From assembly GCA_001662655.1 (NCBI GenBank), contig KV460212.1: 64,000 bases of DNA; one strand, given 5' to 3'. This DNA comes from Pseudogymnoascus verrucosus (Eukaryota). The position numbers and the translations under genes were made by a program. Every line of letters begins with the position of its first letter. The stretch's first letter is position 1. The notes under the pieces are model-generated. The model was not told the DNA's origin, ran no database searches, and saw nothing but the letters and a program-made list of their open reading frames with translations. This document shows, piece by piece, positions 1 to 11,754 of the stretch.

Positions 1-71
1 CAATTACTAAATCCTTCGATCTCCAATCCATTCCGGAGATCCCGGCAGCGCGGTTCGGACGGTTGCTGTAC

Positions 72-98
72 GTACTGTACTGTACTGTACTGTACTGT
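72..98. repeat. (GTACT)n microsatellite, ~5 copies
   Basis: Direct reading: gtactgtactgtactgtactgtactgt. Confidence 0.9.
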
Positions 99-816
99 GT
101 GTGGTACTGTATGACCATATCTCGATCGACCTCCGCCAGTGCCGCCCTCCCATCCCTCTCTCCGGCTGTCGGATCCCCGGTTCCTCTTCTCTCTCTCTCT
201 TTCTCTCTCGCAAGCTACTGCTGCTGAGATTTAAGTAATCACGTTCGTCCGGGACGGCGCTGGGAGCTTCCATCTTCATCATCATCTCTGTCCGATTCAT
301 TCTCACTTCGTCGGATTAGCGATTAGCTAGAGAACACAAACCACCTACCAACCTACCCACCTACCTACAGTACCTACAGCTCTCTCTAATCACCAGCGAT
401 CTCGGATCAACCACTCAGTTCAGTGACCTGCGACGAAAACGGTCGTTCGCAGTTTCAAAGACTCACACCTCCCCCGCTACGTCACTGACGACTCAACCCC
501 AACCACGCCGCGACGAGCAAACGTCCGTGGCGGGTGTCTCACCCGCGCCAACCACCCCGCGCGAAAGCTTATAACGGGGTGTGTGTCCGTCTCCGCCCGC
601 GAGCGTTGGGCGAGGTCACAAGAGTTTCATCTCTCTTTTTTCCATTTGCGAATCGTCGTGCCAAGAGAGGTGATAGCTGTTGAACGGCTCCTGCATTGTT
701 GGAAGTGAGAAGAGAGTAAAGATTCAAGCGAGGAGAGAGTTGGATCTCGAATGAGGTTTGACGATACGACGCAACAACTACGATACCCAACCTCAATAGA
801 GGGACGCAAGAATACC

Positions 817-1610
817 ATGGCATCACGAGACACATCACCATCCCCGTCGCCATGGCGCTGGCCTTCACTTTCTAAAGATCGGTTCGTCTTCCTCCTCTGC
901 CCTCCCCATCCACAACACACCCATATGAGCCCCCTCTCAAGATAAAAACACGACTAACACCCCCATCCAGCCTCATCACCCTCCTCGCCGCCGACCTGCT
1001 ACTCCTCACCAGCGTCCTCACCACGCTACTCCTCCCGCACATCCCCTCACCACTACTATACCCAGTCTGGGGTCTCGCAAAGACCTACGCGATCTACCTC
1101 CAACTTCTGATCCTACCGTGCCTCCTCGGAATCTGGGGTGCCGTAAAGGTATGTACTCATTCCCTCCACTCTCACACGCCCTACCTCCTTCTCCGATCCC
1201 TCTCCCGACCCCTCCACCCTCCACCACCCCCCAGCCAAAAACAAGACCACCAAACTAACCCCCCCCCCCAGGAATCCCCCCTCCCAACCCACATCCTCGC
1301 CTCCACCCTCCTCCTCGACGCCCTCCTCTCCCTCCCCCCCCGCCTCCTCCTCCTCGCCTCCCTCGCCCGCGCCCCCGCCGGCTGCGGCGCCCCCGGCACG
1401 CCCGCACAGGGTATAATCTGGACGCGCTGTGCGGACGCGGCGATAGGGCCGATTGTTGTTGTTGTTGTGGTGGTGCTCGGGAGTGGGCTGGAGGCGTGGG
1501 GGGGGTGGTGGGTTAGGGGGTGGGGGAGACGGTTGGGGGTTGAGCAGAGGAGGGGGAGGAGGGAGAGGGAGGAGGAGGGGGGGAAGGAGATGTTTTGTGA
1601 TGAGGTTTAG
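817..1610 (+). CDS. Small predicted multi-pass membrane protein, ~193 aa, 3 exons (817-881, 971-1148, 1272-1610); not in ORF track
   Basis: ACCATGG start; introns GTTCGT..CTAAC..CAG and GTATGT..CTAAC..CAG. The spliced frame is open to TAG 1608-1610 (582 nt). About four hydrophobic segments (LITLLAADLLLLTSVLTTLLL; IYLQLLILPCLLGIWGAV; ILASTLLLDALLSL; IGPIVVVVVVVLGSGL). Confidence 0.7.
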
Positions 1611-4504
1611 GGTTGGGGAATGAGTATGAGGGTGGTGGGTGAGGGGAGGTTGAAAATTGCTTGGACTTGGGAATTTGGCGTGAGATTTGGGGGTGAGCTT
1701 GAGGCGTGGGATAGGACTGGACTGAAGGGGATGGGATGGGGCGTTATTTTTGCCGAGATATACTTGCTGCTGGCTGCTTATGAATTATGATACCCTTCTC
1801 TGTCGCGAGTTCTCCGCAGTGTTTGTGTGCCTGATGGCGATGCGTGTGGTGGTCTGGTGATACTTACTCACCTCCTACCTTACATACTCACGCTGTTCTC
1901 ACATCCACAGTATCATCCCAGCCATCATCGCGTATCGTCCCAGCGTCCTCCATCACATCACCTCACTCCATACCCACATACCTCACCCCATACCCAGCCA
2001 GCAGCAACCAAACAATCAACAAACCCTCAAACAAAACCACCCATCCAATCTAATCCAACTTACCTTACCTCACTCCCCCTCCAGCCTCACACCACCCACC
2101 ACGGCGCCACACCCTCCCCAGCCATATATCCAGCCACACAGCACCTACCTCTCATGTAAGGGCCGTCCGTGAACGCGTGGGACGTGCGCCTGGCTACCAG
2201 CGTGCGTGCTGTAGTGCAGTGCACCAGCGTAGGTTCGTGCGTCTGGCCGTCCGCCACCGGGCTGTTCATGCGCTGAACAGTGCAGCAGCAGTAGTGAGTG
2301 GTTCGAGCTCGCATCGTATCGGATTTGGGGGTTGGTATATTGGCTGTGGCTGATGGTACGGGGTCTGGGTGATGTCTGTCTGTGGTGTCTGTAGTGTAGT
2401 GATCCGGGAGAGAGGTCAAGATGAAGGGCGAGAAGAGTCTTAATAACACCTCGGCATCGATACCCCGACAGCGAGGTTATGCCAAGATCTTCCTCTTCTT
2501 CTTCTTCTTCATCTCCCACTCACTCATTCATCTCATCGGGGAAAGCGCGGTTATTAACTGTCCACACCCCCCAGCTCATCCCCATCCACCCCCCCTCCCA
2601 CGCACTATCCCCCATCCATCCCCATCTCTCTCCCAGCGGCGCTACTCGACTAGCGCGCCAGTTCTCTTTTGTCTGGTAGTGGTGGTGGTGTGTGTGTCTG
2701 CGGTCCGAGGTAGGATTGGATAAGTTCTCTGAAGGCCCTCGTACCTGTACCTCTTTGCCAATCTATTTTGGTAGGGGAACTGGTGGACGGGGCGGGAGAA
2801 GCGAGGTAGAGTGACCTTCCGAGACGGTCCTTTTTTCGTTAGAGAGGGTGGTGGCTTGGCGGGGTGTGGCCGATGGGATGGAGGGACACGAGGGGTGGAT
2901 TTGGGGTTGGGGGTGTGGCAGAGGAGGGGAGGTGAGAGATAGACCTTCCTGATGCGGGATTTTGGGGTGGGAATAACAGATGTGTTATGGGAGGTGGATG
3001 GGAGATGGGGATGGGGATGGAGTAGTTGGATCTTCAGCTTCTTTGTGGTGGTGATGGGAGGGGAGGGAGAGGAGAGGAGGTATTAAGTGGTTTGTTTGAG
3101 TTGCTGGTTATGGATGGATGAACACCCTCGGGCGTGTGGCTTTACTCTACTATTTCCTACGGGAGCTACGAGAGTACTAAACGCACACCTCCTCCAGCTT
3201 GCTGTGTGGCTTTACTATACTGCATTATACTGCCAGACGCACACCCCTTTTGGCTTGTGGGTGGGTGGCTTTGGTGGTTGACTGATTTTACGGTGATTGA
3301 TGCTGGGTTGTTACATGCACACCCTCTCGGCCTCTCCATGTGTGTCCATTTTACTTCACTCCCCCAACTACTGTATACTGATACTACTATTACTATTACT
3401 ACACTGATTTCCCTTTCGCTAGAGACACCCCCCTCCCTCCCCTTCCACCTCGTGTGCTTTTGCTTCTTCTTTGCTTCTTCTTTGCTTCCTTCTTTCCTTA
3501 TTCGCGCCTATTACATTCTTTCTCCCTCTTCTCCCCTTCTCCTCCCTCTTCTCCTCCCCTTACCCGCTCTCACCCGCCCATCTCTATTACAGAGGAGTAA
3601 AACACTCAATCACGAATTCACGAACTCACAAATATATGAATAATCCTAATATTCCCATTGGCCACATCCCTAAATACCTCTCATCTCCCACTCACTGTCA
3701 CTACACCCACTCACACTCTGTCACTATCACTCTCTCCCTTACTACATCCACCCCCTCACTCTCCCTCTCTACATCCACACCCACACTCCTTACCACTTGC
3801 CGCCTTTATATCCCTCTTTATTTCCCACTTCTCTATACACACACCCTCCGCCCACCACTCTACTCTCCCCAAATTACACCCACTTTCACCCTCCTTACCC
3901 TCCCATTACACCCCATTACACCCATCACACCCTTTACAACCCTATTACACCCTTCTACAACCCTACTTCTCACTACATTCACCCCCCATCCCATCTCCCT
4001 CATCCCCCATCTCTTCCATCCCCCCACCCCCTATCCCTTCCCATTTTCCCTTTCTCCTTCCCTCCACCCCCCCCCTACCCGGCCCGTCCAATTCAATCTC
4101 GGTAAGTCCAAAAACCTGCAACGTTCATACACCACTGTACACCAAAAAAAAGTGTGTCCACCGCACTTATCCGTTCTCGCTCTCGCTCTCTATTCTCGCT
4201 CTCCGCAATTCAACACCACCACCCAAACATTTTTCTTCTATTTCCGCTTCCCCCCTTCCTCTCCTCCCTCCCCCCCCTCCGAACATTATAACCACCCAAC
4301 CAACGAAAACGTGACCTACTCTCTCCCGTCGTTACCCTCCGACTACTCCTCTATTGAATCTACTCTCTTCCTCTCTCTCTGTCTCCCTCTTCTACCTCTC
4401 CGTCTCTCTCCTACGACTCTCCGACTTCGACCTCCCGTCACCTCCACCAACCTCAACCTCATCTCCCGCGCGCGCGCTTCCGTCTCCGTCCCTCCCGTTC
4501 GGCT

Positions 4505-6343
4505 ATGTCTTACTACGATAACCAGCAGTGGCCAGCCACCGCCGCCGGTCAGGCCACCTGGGAACACCAGACCCCCCCCGCGAGATCAGGTAAGGAGGAC
4601 CACCCTGCAACCCCTCCAGTTCGCCGGAAGGGATGATGGATATGGTGTCGCTGACTTATGCTCTGTACAGGTGCCAGCTCCGTCGCGCCGCGCGAGGACT
4701 CAACCGCCTTTAGCTCCCAGTTAGAGGGTACGTTCGCAAAACCCCAAGACCCCTACACAATACAATATACTTCGTGGAAAAAATATGCCCGAGACGGTTA
4801 CGGCGCAGCAAATGGTCGGATGCTGTATATGCAGCGTACCGGCTGTTGCGCTGCGCGATGGGATCACCACTTCGAAATAAAGTTCAGGGGCTAATACTAT
4901 ACCAGAGGTCGACCGTGCGATCGAGAACCTCTTCAAGAGCGGGAAGGCCTTCAGCGCTCCAGCCCGCCGGGACTCAGCGCCCATCGGCGCACCCGCGCGC
5001 TCCTTCCCCGAGCAATACTGTGCGTCCCCCTTGCGTCCCCCTTGCTTCCCCCCTACCTACCACAGAACCACCCACTGACCCCTCCTCTAGCCGGTCCACC
5101 ACGCCACAACTCCGTGAGCGGAGGCGCCGGCGGTAACGACTTCAGCGGCGACGCGCGCTCCTTCTCGGCGTCGAACCTACAGTCCTTCTACGCGACGCAG
5201 CGTCACCAGCCGGCGCGCGGCGCCAGCGAGGCCGAGCAGGTGCTCCAGGCCAAGAGGCGCATGGCGGCGCAGCGCGAGCGCGAGCTCCGCAACTACCACC
5301 AGGAGCAGCAGTATAACCGCAGTAGGCCTCCCTCTTCTCTCGAGTAATCGAAATGGCATTTTTCCCCCTCCCTCCTCTTCTTCACAGATGGTGGCTGGCT
5401 TTGGCTTTCTTTGGCGGTTTCCTTACGGTTTCCTTTGTGGCGAATGTGCACGCATGTCTTTTCTTACCTCTACTGTTCCCTGGGCGTGTTCCCGGGCTTG
5501 TTCCTGGGGACACTGCCTCTTATCTCCTTTCTCCTCTCACCACCCCATTTCTCACCCGCCCCCAGCCCAATAACCGCTTCCCACTTCCCTCACCCCTGGA
5601 TACCCCCGTCTCACCATAATTGAACACACGCTGACATCACCGCAGCCGCCCTCGCCGAACTTTCCGCCTTTGGTACCAAGCCGGACCGCGCTCTCTCCCC
5701 CTCCACGATGTCTGACGACTCGCGCCGCGACCTGATTGCCCGCCAGCGCTCTGCCCTCTACGGCGACTCCACTTTCCCCGAGGGCTCCTTCGTCGATGAG
5801 AACGGCGTCACCCGCCAAGCCACCCCCGCCCAGCCCGGCCGCGGCCACTCCCCCCTCGCCTTCGAGGCACCGGCTCCCAAGGACGCCGCAGCTGGCGCAG
5901 TGGGCACCCCCGCCGAGGAGCGCTCAAGCCCATTCGAGAACCGCGGCGCCAGCGGATCCCCGGCTGCGAACTCGCCACCTAACGCTAAGGGGCAGTCTGG
6001 AAGCGTGGCACCCATCGGCACCCGCCCAGCAGCAACTACTGCGAACTCTAGCAACTCCACCGCTACCACCGGCACAACTACCCCCACCACCTCCTCCACC
6101 GCAGCGCCTAACCAAGCAACCGCCCAAAAGGGCCGCACTACCCCCCTCCCTTCCCCGCTGAGCTACGGCTTCGGCGCCCCAGCGGCACAGGAGAAGGGCG
6201 AGGATGCCAAGGAGGGCGCTTCGAACGCGCAGGGCGGCAACGGAAACGGTAACGGAAACGGCGGAATGGGATGGGGCAAGGGCGCTGGTGGCGGCGTCTG
6301 GGGCAAGGGCTCCCTCGGCGTGCAGGCCAGCGTCTGGGGCTAG
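4505..6343 (+). CDS. Hypothetical low-complexity protein, ~394 aa, 5 exons (4505-4589, 4671-4727, 4906-5019, 5091-5321, 5646-6343)
   Basis: MSYYDNQQW start; four GT-AG introns with CTGAC/CTAAT branch sites join in frame. Helical core AEQVLQAKRRMAAQRERELRNYHQEQQYNR; ends GWG..VWG..QASVWG. Confidence 0.8.
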
Positions 6344-7642
6344 ACGTTGCGTGTAAGAGAACTTGATTCTATCGGTGTCTGGGTTTTCTCACTGCGTTAC
6401 CTGGATGGTATGGGGGTATACGGGAGTCGACTTGTTTTGTTTGTTTGGGCCTGGATATGGCGGGGTGTAGGTCTCTTGTCGTCTGATTTGTTTTTGGCTG
6501 CGATTGCCGGACGGATGGGGTGTCTGTCTGGATTGGTCTCTTCCGAGGCTACCTTTTTAATATGGGATGGTGACTGATGGGTGGGGTGGATCTTTTATTT
6601 TCCTTATCCAGGCGCGTCGGTGTGCGTGGTGGAGGGGTTGCTGTCATTGTCATGGGGAGTCGGTGAGAACGAAGCAAGAAGCAGCATGGGCGGAAAACGG
6701 GGAGGCGGGAAAGAGAGAATCAACGTATAGTAGAAACGGAGGGGCATGGAAATCTGGGTTATAGGGATAGGGATTTGCACAACGGGAATGGGATTTCATT
6801 TTGTTTTTTATCGGGTTGTTTTTGGGAATCTTGGGGATCTTTTGGGCTGGGCTTTGTTTTTTTTTGGGAGGGGAGATTGTTGGGGATACTAAGGCGGGGG
6901 TACATATTACGTCGTCCAAGGTGGACCTTCTTTAAGAAACAACAAAAAAATAAGGATATTTTCGGGATTTTTGGGGTTCTTTTCCTTGGTTAAGGTGGGA
7001 GTTTGGAGGTGAACTTGGAGTGCTGGTGATGATCTGGCGGGTTGTCTAGGTCAGGGTTTTTGGGGATGAGAGACTATTTTTGGTGCATGTGAGGCCTAGG
7101 AAGGGCGACTGAGGGTCTACAGTGTGTATTGTAGAGTATATGATACTCATTTTGTATGGATTTGTACGCATTATCCTGAGTCTGATGTTTCGCTCTCTCT
7201 CTCTGGTTGATATCCGGAAATTCTAGGAAATATATTTGGTCATCTCGGAATACATATTTTCCGTCTCCGCTCTACTAACAATTTCGCTGGTCTCTTGTTT
7301 TCTCTTGGCTTAGTCATACCAATCCCTTGGCTTAGTCATAAAATACATCATCGGGCTCTGACGCACACTCCTGGCGTGTGGCTAGATTTATTTGGGACCC
7401 CGCCAAAGCTTATCTACTATCGGCAACAGGGAAAAACGAAATGCTTCGACTTTCCATTTTGTGCTTGATAATCAGCGAATCCTGACCAACATCCTCTTCT
7501 CTCTCTCCCCCGTCTCACCGTTTGCCTCCTCTTGAATTACAAAAAGTGCACTTCAAAAGGGCACATATCCTCTGTTGACATCCATCACTCTGCAAAGACT
7601 GTTCATACTTTTCTCAAAACCGACCCCGCCACCACCGCAAAT

Positions 7643-9082
7643 ATGTCAGCCACCAACCCCTACGATGAGGACATCTCCGACGAAGAGCCCGCCATGCTCG
7701 GTGAGGATGAGGCCCTCGAGGAAATCGCGGGTGAAGACGACACAGCCATGGACTCCGGCGATGACGGGGGCGACGATGCCGGCGAGGACGCAGACGGCGA
7801 CCAAGCCATGGAAGAATACACTCTCCACAACGACAGCGTCGGCCACTTCGACAACTTCCGCGACTCGATCTTCTGCATCGCTGCCCACCCCATCGTCCCC
7901 TCCCTCATTGCCACCGGCGGCTCCGACGGCGACGACGCAGGCGGAATCGGATACCTCTTCGACTCCACCCCCGCCGACTCCCCCGTCCTCCCCGAAAGCT
8001 ACCAGACCCAACCCGCTGAGCGTATCGAGCGCAAGGGAATCGACGCCATCTCTACCCTAGACGGCCACACCGACTCCATCAACGCGCTCACCTTCACGCT
8101 CCCCTCCGGCGCGGCACTGCTCTCCGGTGGTCTCGACGGCGCTCTCCGCGTCTGGGTCCCATCAACCCCCTCTAACCCCCTCTCCCCCTGGACCCTCCTC
8201 ACCTCCGCCACAGAAGTCGACGAGATCAACTGGCTCTCCGCATCCCCCTCCCCAGACCACCCCAACACCTTCGCCCTCGGCGCCGCCGACGGTTCCGTCT
8301 GGGTGTACACCGTTGACACCTCCGCGCCTGCCGCCGACTCCCTAACAATCATCCAAACCTACTTCGCTCACACGACCCCCTGCACCGCCGGCGCCTGGTC
8401 CTCCGACGGCAGCGTCCTCGCCACCGTCTCCGAAGAGGGTAGTCTCTACGTCTGGGCCCCCTTCAGCGACACCAGCTCCCAAGCCATCGTCTCCCTCACC
8501 GCAGCCGACGCGCGCTTCGCCGTCGAAGGCGGCCTCTTCAGCGTCGCCATCGCCCCAACCGGATCGTACGTCGCTGTCGGCGGCGCCGGCGGCGCAATCA
8601 AGATCGTTGGGCTCCCAAAGCCCGGCGCTGCGCCAGCGAAGGGCAAGAAGGCTGGTGGACCTGGTGGAGCGACGCAGGCGGGTGTTATTCTTGCGGATCT
8701 GCGCGCGCAGTCGGATAGTGTGGAGAGTTTGACGTTTGCGGCGCCGCCGTCGACGGTTATGGCGGCGGGGAGCGTGGACGGGAGTATTGTGCTGTTTGAC
8801 GCGGCGAGGAGGTTTGCGGTGAAGAGGCATATTAGGGAGGCGCATGCGGAGGATAGTGTGGTGCAGGTGGCGTTTATGTCGAGGGATCCGAAGATTTTGG
8901 TTAGTAGTGGGATGGATGGGGTGGTGAGGAGGTGGGATACTGGGGGTGCGGGGGTGGGACAGAGTGGGTTGGTGGGAGAGTGGAGGGGGCAGGGAGGGGG
9001 GGTGTTGGCGTTTGTGGGTAGTGGAGGTAGGGTGGTGACGGCGGGGGATGATGGAGTTTCGTTGGTTTTTGAGGAGAAGTAG
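7643..9082 (+). CDS. SQT1: WD40-repeat 60S ribosome assembly chaperone Sqt1/AAMP-like
   Basis: Acidic N-terminal tail, then NDSVGHFDNFRDSIFCIAAHP, GHTDSINALTF, LLSGGLDGALRVW and further WD repeats. First in-frame ATG is at 7643. Confidence 0.8.
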   Translation: MSATNPYDEDISDEEPAMLGEDEALEEIAGEDDTAMDSGDDGGDDAGEDADGDQAMEEYTLHNDSVGHFDNFRDSIFCIAAHPIVPSLIATGGSDGDDAGGIGYLFDSTPADSPVLPESYQTQPAERIERKGIDAISTLDGHTDSINALTFTLPSGAALLSGGLDGALRVWVPSTPSNPLSPWTLLTSATEVDEINWLSASPSPDHPNTFALGAADGSVWVYTVDTSAPAADSLTIIQTYFAHTTPCTAGAWSSDGSVLATVSEEGSLYVWAPFSDTSSQAIVSLTAADARFAVEGGLFSVAIAPTGSYVAVGGAGGAIKIVGLPKPGAAPAKGKKAGGPGGATQAGVILADLRAQSDSVESLTFAAPPSTVMAAGSVDGSIVLFDAARRFAVKRHIREAHAEDSVVQVAFMSRDPKILVSSGMDGVVRRWDTGGAGVGQSGLVGEWRGQGGGVLAFVGSGGRVVTAGDDGVSLVFEEK

Positions 9083-9648
9083 TGAGGTGTGAGGGGGGTT
9101 GGTGGAGTTTAGTACTTTATATAGGAAAATGGATAGATGGATGACTACTTGTTCATGATGAGTCTACTTTGGTTTCTGCTTGCAATCTTTAACATCAGAC
9201 TCGTTTGCCACACTTACCTTCCTTTCTGAAATCACAATCTTATGCAGCCTAGTAGGCGTTGCAAACCTCCTTGGGGTAAAGATAATGGAGAAGGCGTAAC
9301 AAGCCACTTACGAAGAAATAGGAGGCTGATCCTACCGTTCATCGAGGCAATAGAGGACTGTCCTCACAACTCAACCCAGCAACGACGAGGGAAATGTATG
9401 CAGAACTAGGGAGAGCTAGAGTCAGCCGAACGGCAAATAAAACTCAATGTTACGAAAGGACGTTAAGAGATACGGAGATGCGCTGCCTTAGAGCGGGTAT
9501 TGTGATGTCCGAGATGTCAAAAAGGACGCCTTCGGCGGATTTCCACGCCAGAACTAGCACGAGGCCATCCCCGACTTGGGTATGAGGATGACTATGCTGT
9601 CGTCATTCCGAACCCTGTCGCTGCCACCCTCTTATCATTACTGCCCTC

Positions 9649-9693
9649 CTGTCACCGTCACCCTGCTGTCACCGTCACCCTGCTGTCACCGTC
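9649..9693. repeat. 17-bp tandem repeat (CTGTCACCGTCACCCTG), ~2.6 copies
   Basis: Direct reading. Confidence 0.8.
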
Positions 9694-10085
9694 CTGTCGT
9701 CGTTGGGCCCCTGTCACCTTCACTCCTCCTGTCGCCTCGACTACGATGCAATAAGGCGGCCGTATTCCTTAATTCCGGTGCGAATCATAATCAACTCCGT
9801 CGAAATATGGTGCCAATTCGTCCCGTGCGCTGGGGTAGATCGCCTCGGACGATACCCTGGATGACCTCCAAGTCCATGCTAGTGAGGATCTCAAGGATCA
9901 GGGTTGCCCGTGCAGCGCCCTAATCGTCTGTCTTTGAGCCATAAAGCAAGCTATTCCACCACTCGCCTTACAGGACGTGGTGACCCTTAAGCTTTGAACT
10001 CTCATGAGACACAATATGGGTCTCACTTAAGGGGCATGGGAGACAGTAGAAATGTAGAAAAAAGAAACTTGTAAAGAACGATATA

Positions 10086-11361
10086 TCACTTCTCCTCCCC
10101 CTCCTTCAAACCAGCTTTAATCTGCTCCTCCACCTCCACCTCCTCACTTGCCTCCTTCTCCCTCCTCCTCACCCCATCATCCTCTCCCTCACCCTTCTCA
10201 CTCTCACCCCCTTTATCACTCCCCCCCTCCTCCCCACGCATAATCTCCTCCACCATCCTCTTCCCCTCATCCTTCCCATTCACCCCCCCACAATTAAAAC
10301 ACCTCCACTCCCCCACCTCCTCCACCCTCTTCACCCCCGGCGGCGCCTGCCCATTCACAAGTCTACAGTGCGAGCACAGCAGGACAACCCTGTTCTTCGG
10401 GTGCGTCTCGTCCTCGCCCAGCAGCACGTCCAGGATGCGGTCGTACCATTGTCCTCCCCCACCTCCTCCGCCGCCGCCGCTGCTGCTGTCGAAGCTAGCA
10501 CGGGAACTGAAAGCGTTAGGTGCGAATTCCGCGCGTGGTTGCGAGGGGATATGCTGCTGTTGTAATGGCGTGGACGGCGCAGATTGGCGAACCTGCTTCT
10601 GCAGTGCCTGCGCGAGGGGCGACATCTCCGCCAGTGGCCGCTGTGGCGGCAGCTGCTGCGGCGTCGCAGGCTGGGAGCCAGGGCGCTGGATATTCGCCGT
10701 TGCGGGCGGGGCAATGCTGGTTCGTGCCGGTTTGCGGGTGGATTGGTGCTGCTGTGCGTGTGTGAAGGATCCAGGGCCGGTGGTGGAGGGTTTTAGTTTC
10801 GGTTTGGGGGCTGGGGTGACGCCGCCGTATTTCTCGAGGAGTTGTTGGGTGGAGTTGTATTTTGTGGCGGTCTTGAGCTTGTCGATTGTCTTGGTGCGGT
10901 CGAGTTGGTATTCTTCGAGGCGGCGGGTGGCGGTGGAGATGCGGTAGGTGTAGTAGGAGGAGATGGCGGCGCGGACGAGGTACATGCTGGAGAGGTTGTT
11001 AGAAGAGGGAGAGGGTTTGGGGATTGGGGGGTGAGGATGGGGGGGGCGTACATGAGAGGGCTGCCTGCGACGCCAGTGTATTCAGCGGCGCCCCAGTTGC
11101 GCCATCCGACGACGAGGGCGAGGATTATGACGCAAAGGATGTATGCGAAGGAGGTGTATAGAGTCCATAGTGCTATGCGTCTGCGAGAGCGTTGGTTTAG
11201 GGTGTCCAGCTGCAATTGTGCCTTTGTGATCTTTTCAGACAGCGCAGACAGGGTCTTCTCGAACGAGGCTGGGGAGGCATCTTCGCCCTGGTTGAAAGGT
11301 TAGTAGGGAGGACACAAGGCGGGAGCAGTGGCCGTACCTTCCAAGGCCATAGTGAGACCAT
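10086..11361 (-). CDS. LNP1: Lunapark ER junction protein, 3 exons (11361-11338, 11287-11052, 10986-10086), ~386 aa
   Basis: MVSLWPWK/GEDASPASFEKTLSALS; two TM helices; KTIDKLKTATKYNSTQQLLEKY; WYDRILDVLLGEDE; C4 zinc ribbon LCSHCRLVNG...WRCFNCG. Confidence 0.9.
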
Positions 11362-11754
11362 TATGAGGATGAGCCGGCGAGATTCGAGCAGCTTCTCTGC
11401 TTCATCGTCGGCATGACAGAGCGGCAGAAGTTTGTTGTTGTTCAATTGGTTTTTTGACGCGGATAAGATAGAAGACAGACCGTTGTCAACTTGGTCTGCT
11501 GTACGTACTTACGTACTTTCAAGGTTGCATCATAGGGCTAAAAGCTGACCCGTAGCAGCTCCCTGGTCCAAGCGTCCCTCGTTCCCCGGAGCCAAGCAGT
11601 TACACTTCCTTAAAGCACCCTCTGGCAAACATGCGCGCGTCTTCACACTGACGTTTTGTTCACATTTAAAATATTCGCCTTTAATGTTTGCGCGGCTCTG
11701 AAGAATGCGCCGTTGTTGAGTTGGACTGGCTAGCTGGCTTTCACAGAAGTCAGA
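11362..11754. promoter_or_regulatory. Short divergent, probably bidirectional, promoter region between LNP1 and IMH1
   Basis: Head-to-head start codons only 393 bp apart. Confidence 0.5.

Noticed and set aside
3471..4724. 417-aa ORF and overlapping ORFs upstream of the 4505 gene
   Set aside because: Low-complexity Pro/Leu/Thr/His translation of a C/T-rich tract depleted in stops; non-ATG start; overlaps the real gene out of frame.
9200..10050. Possible gene relic and small hairpin (CCCTTAAG..TGAGAC/GTCTCA..CTTAAGGG near 9985-10033) between SQT1 and LNP1
   Set aside because: No recognisable domain or sustained frame; the hairpin is short and has no TSD, so a MITE cannot be supported.
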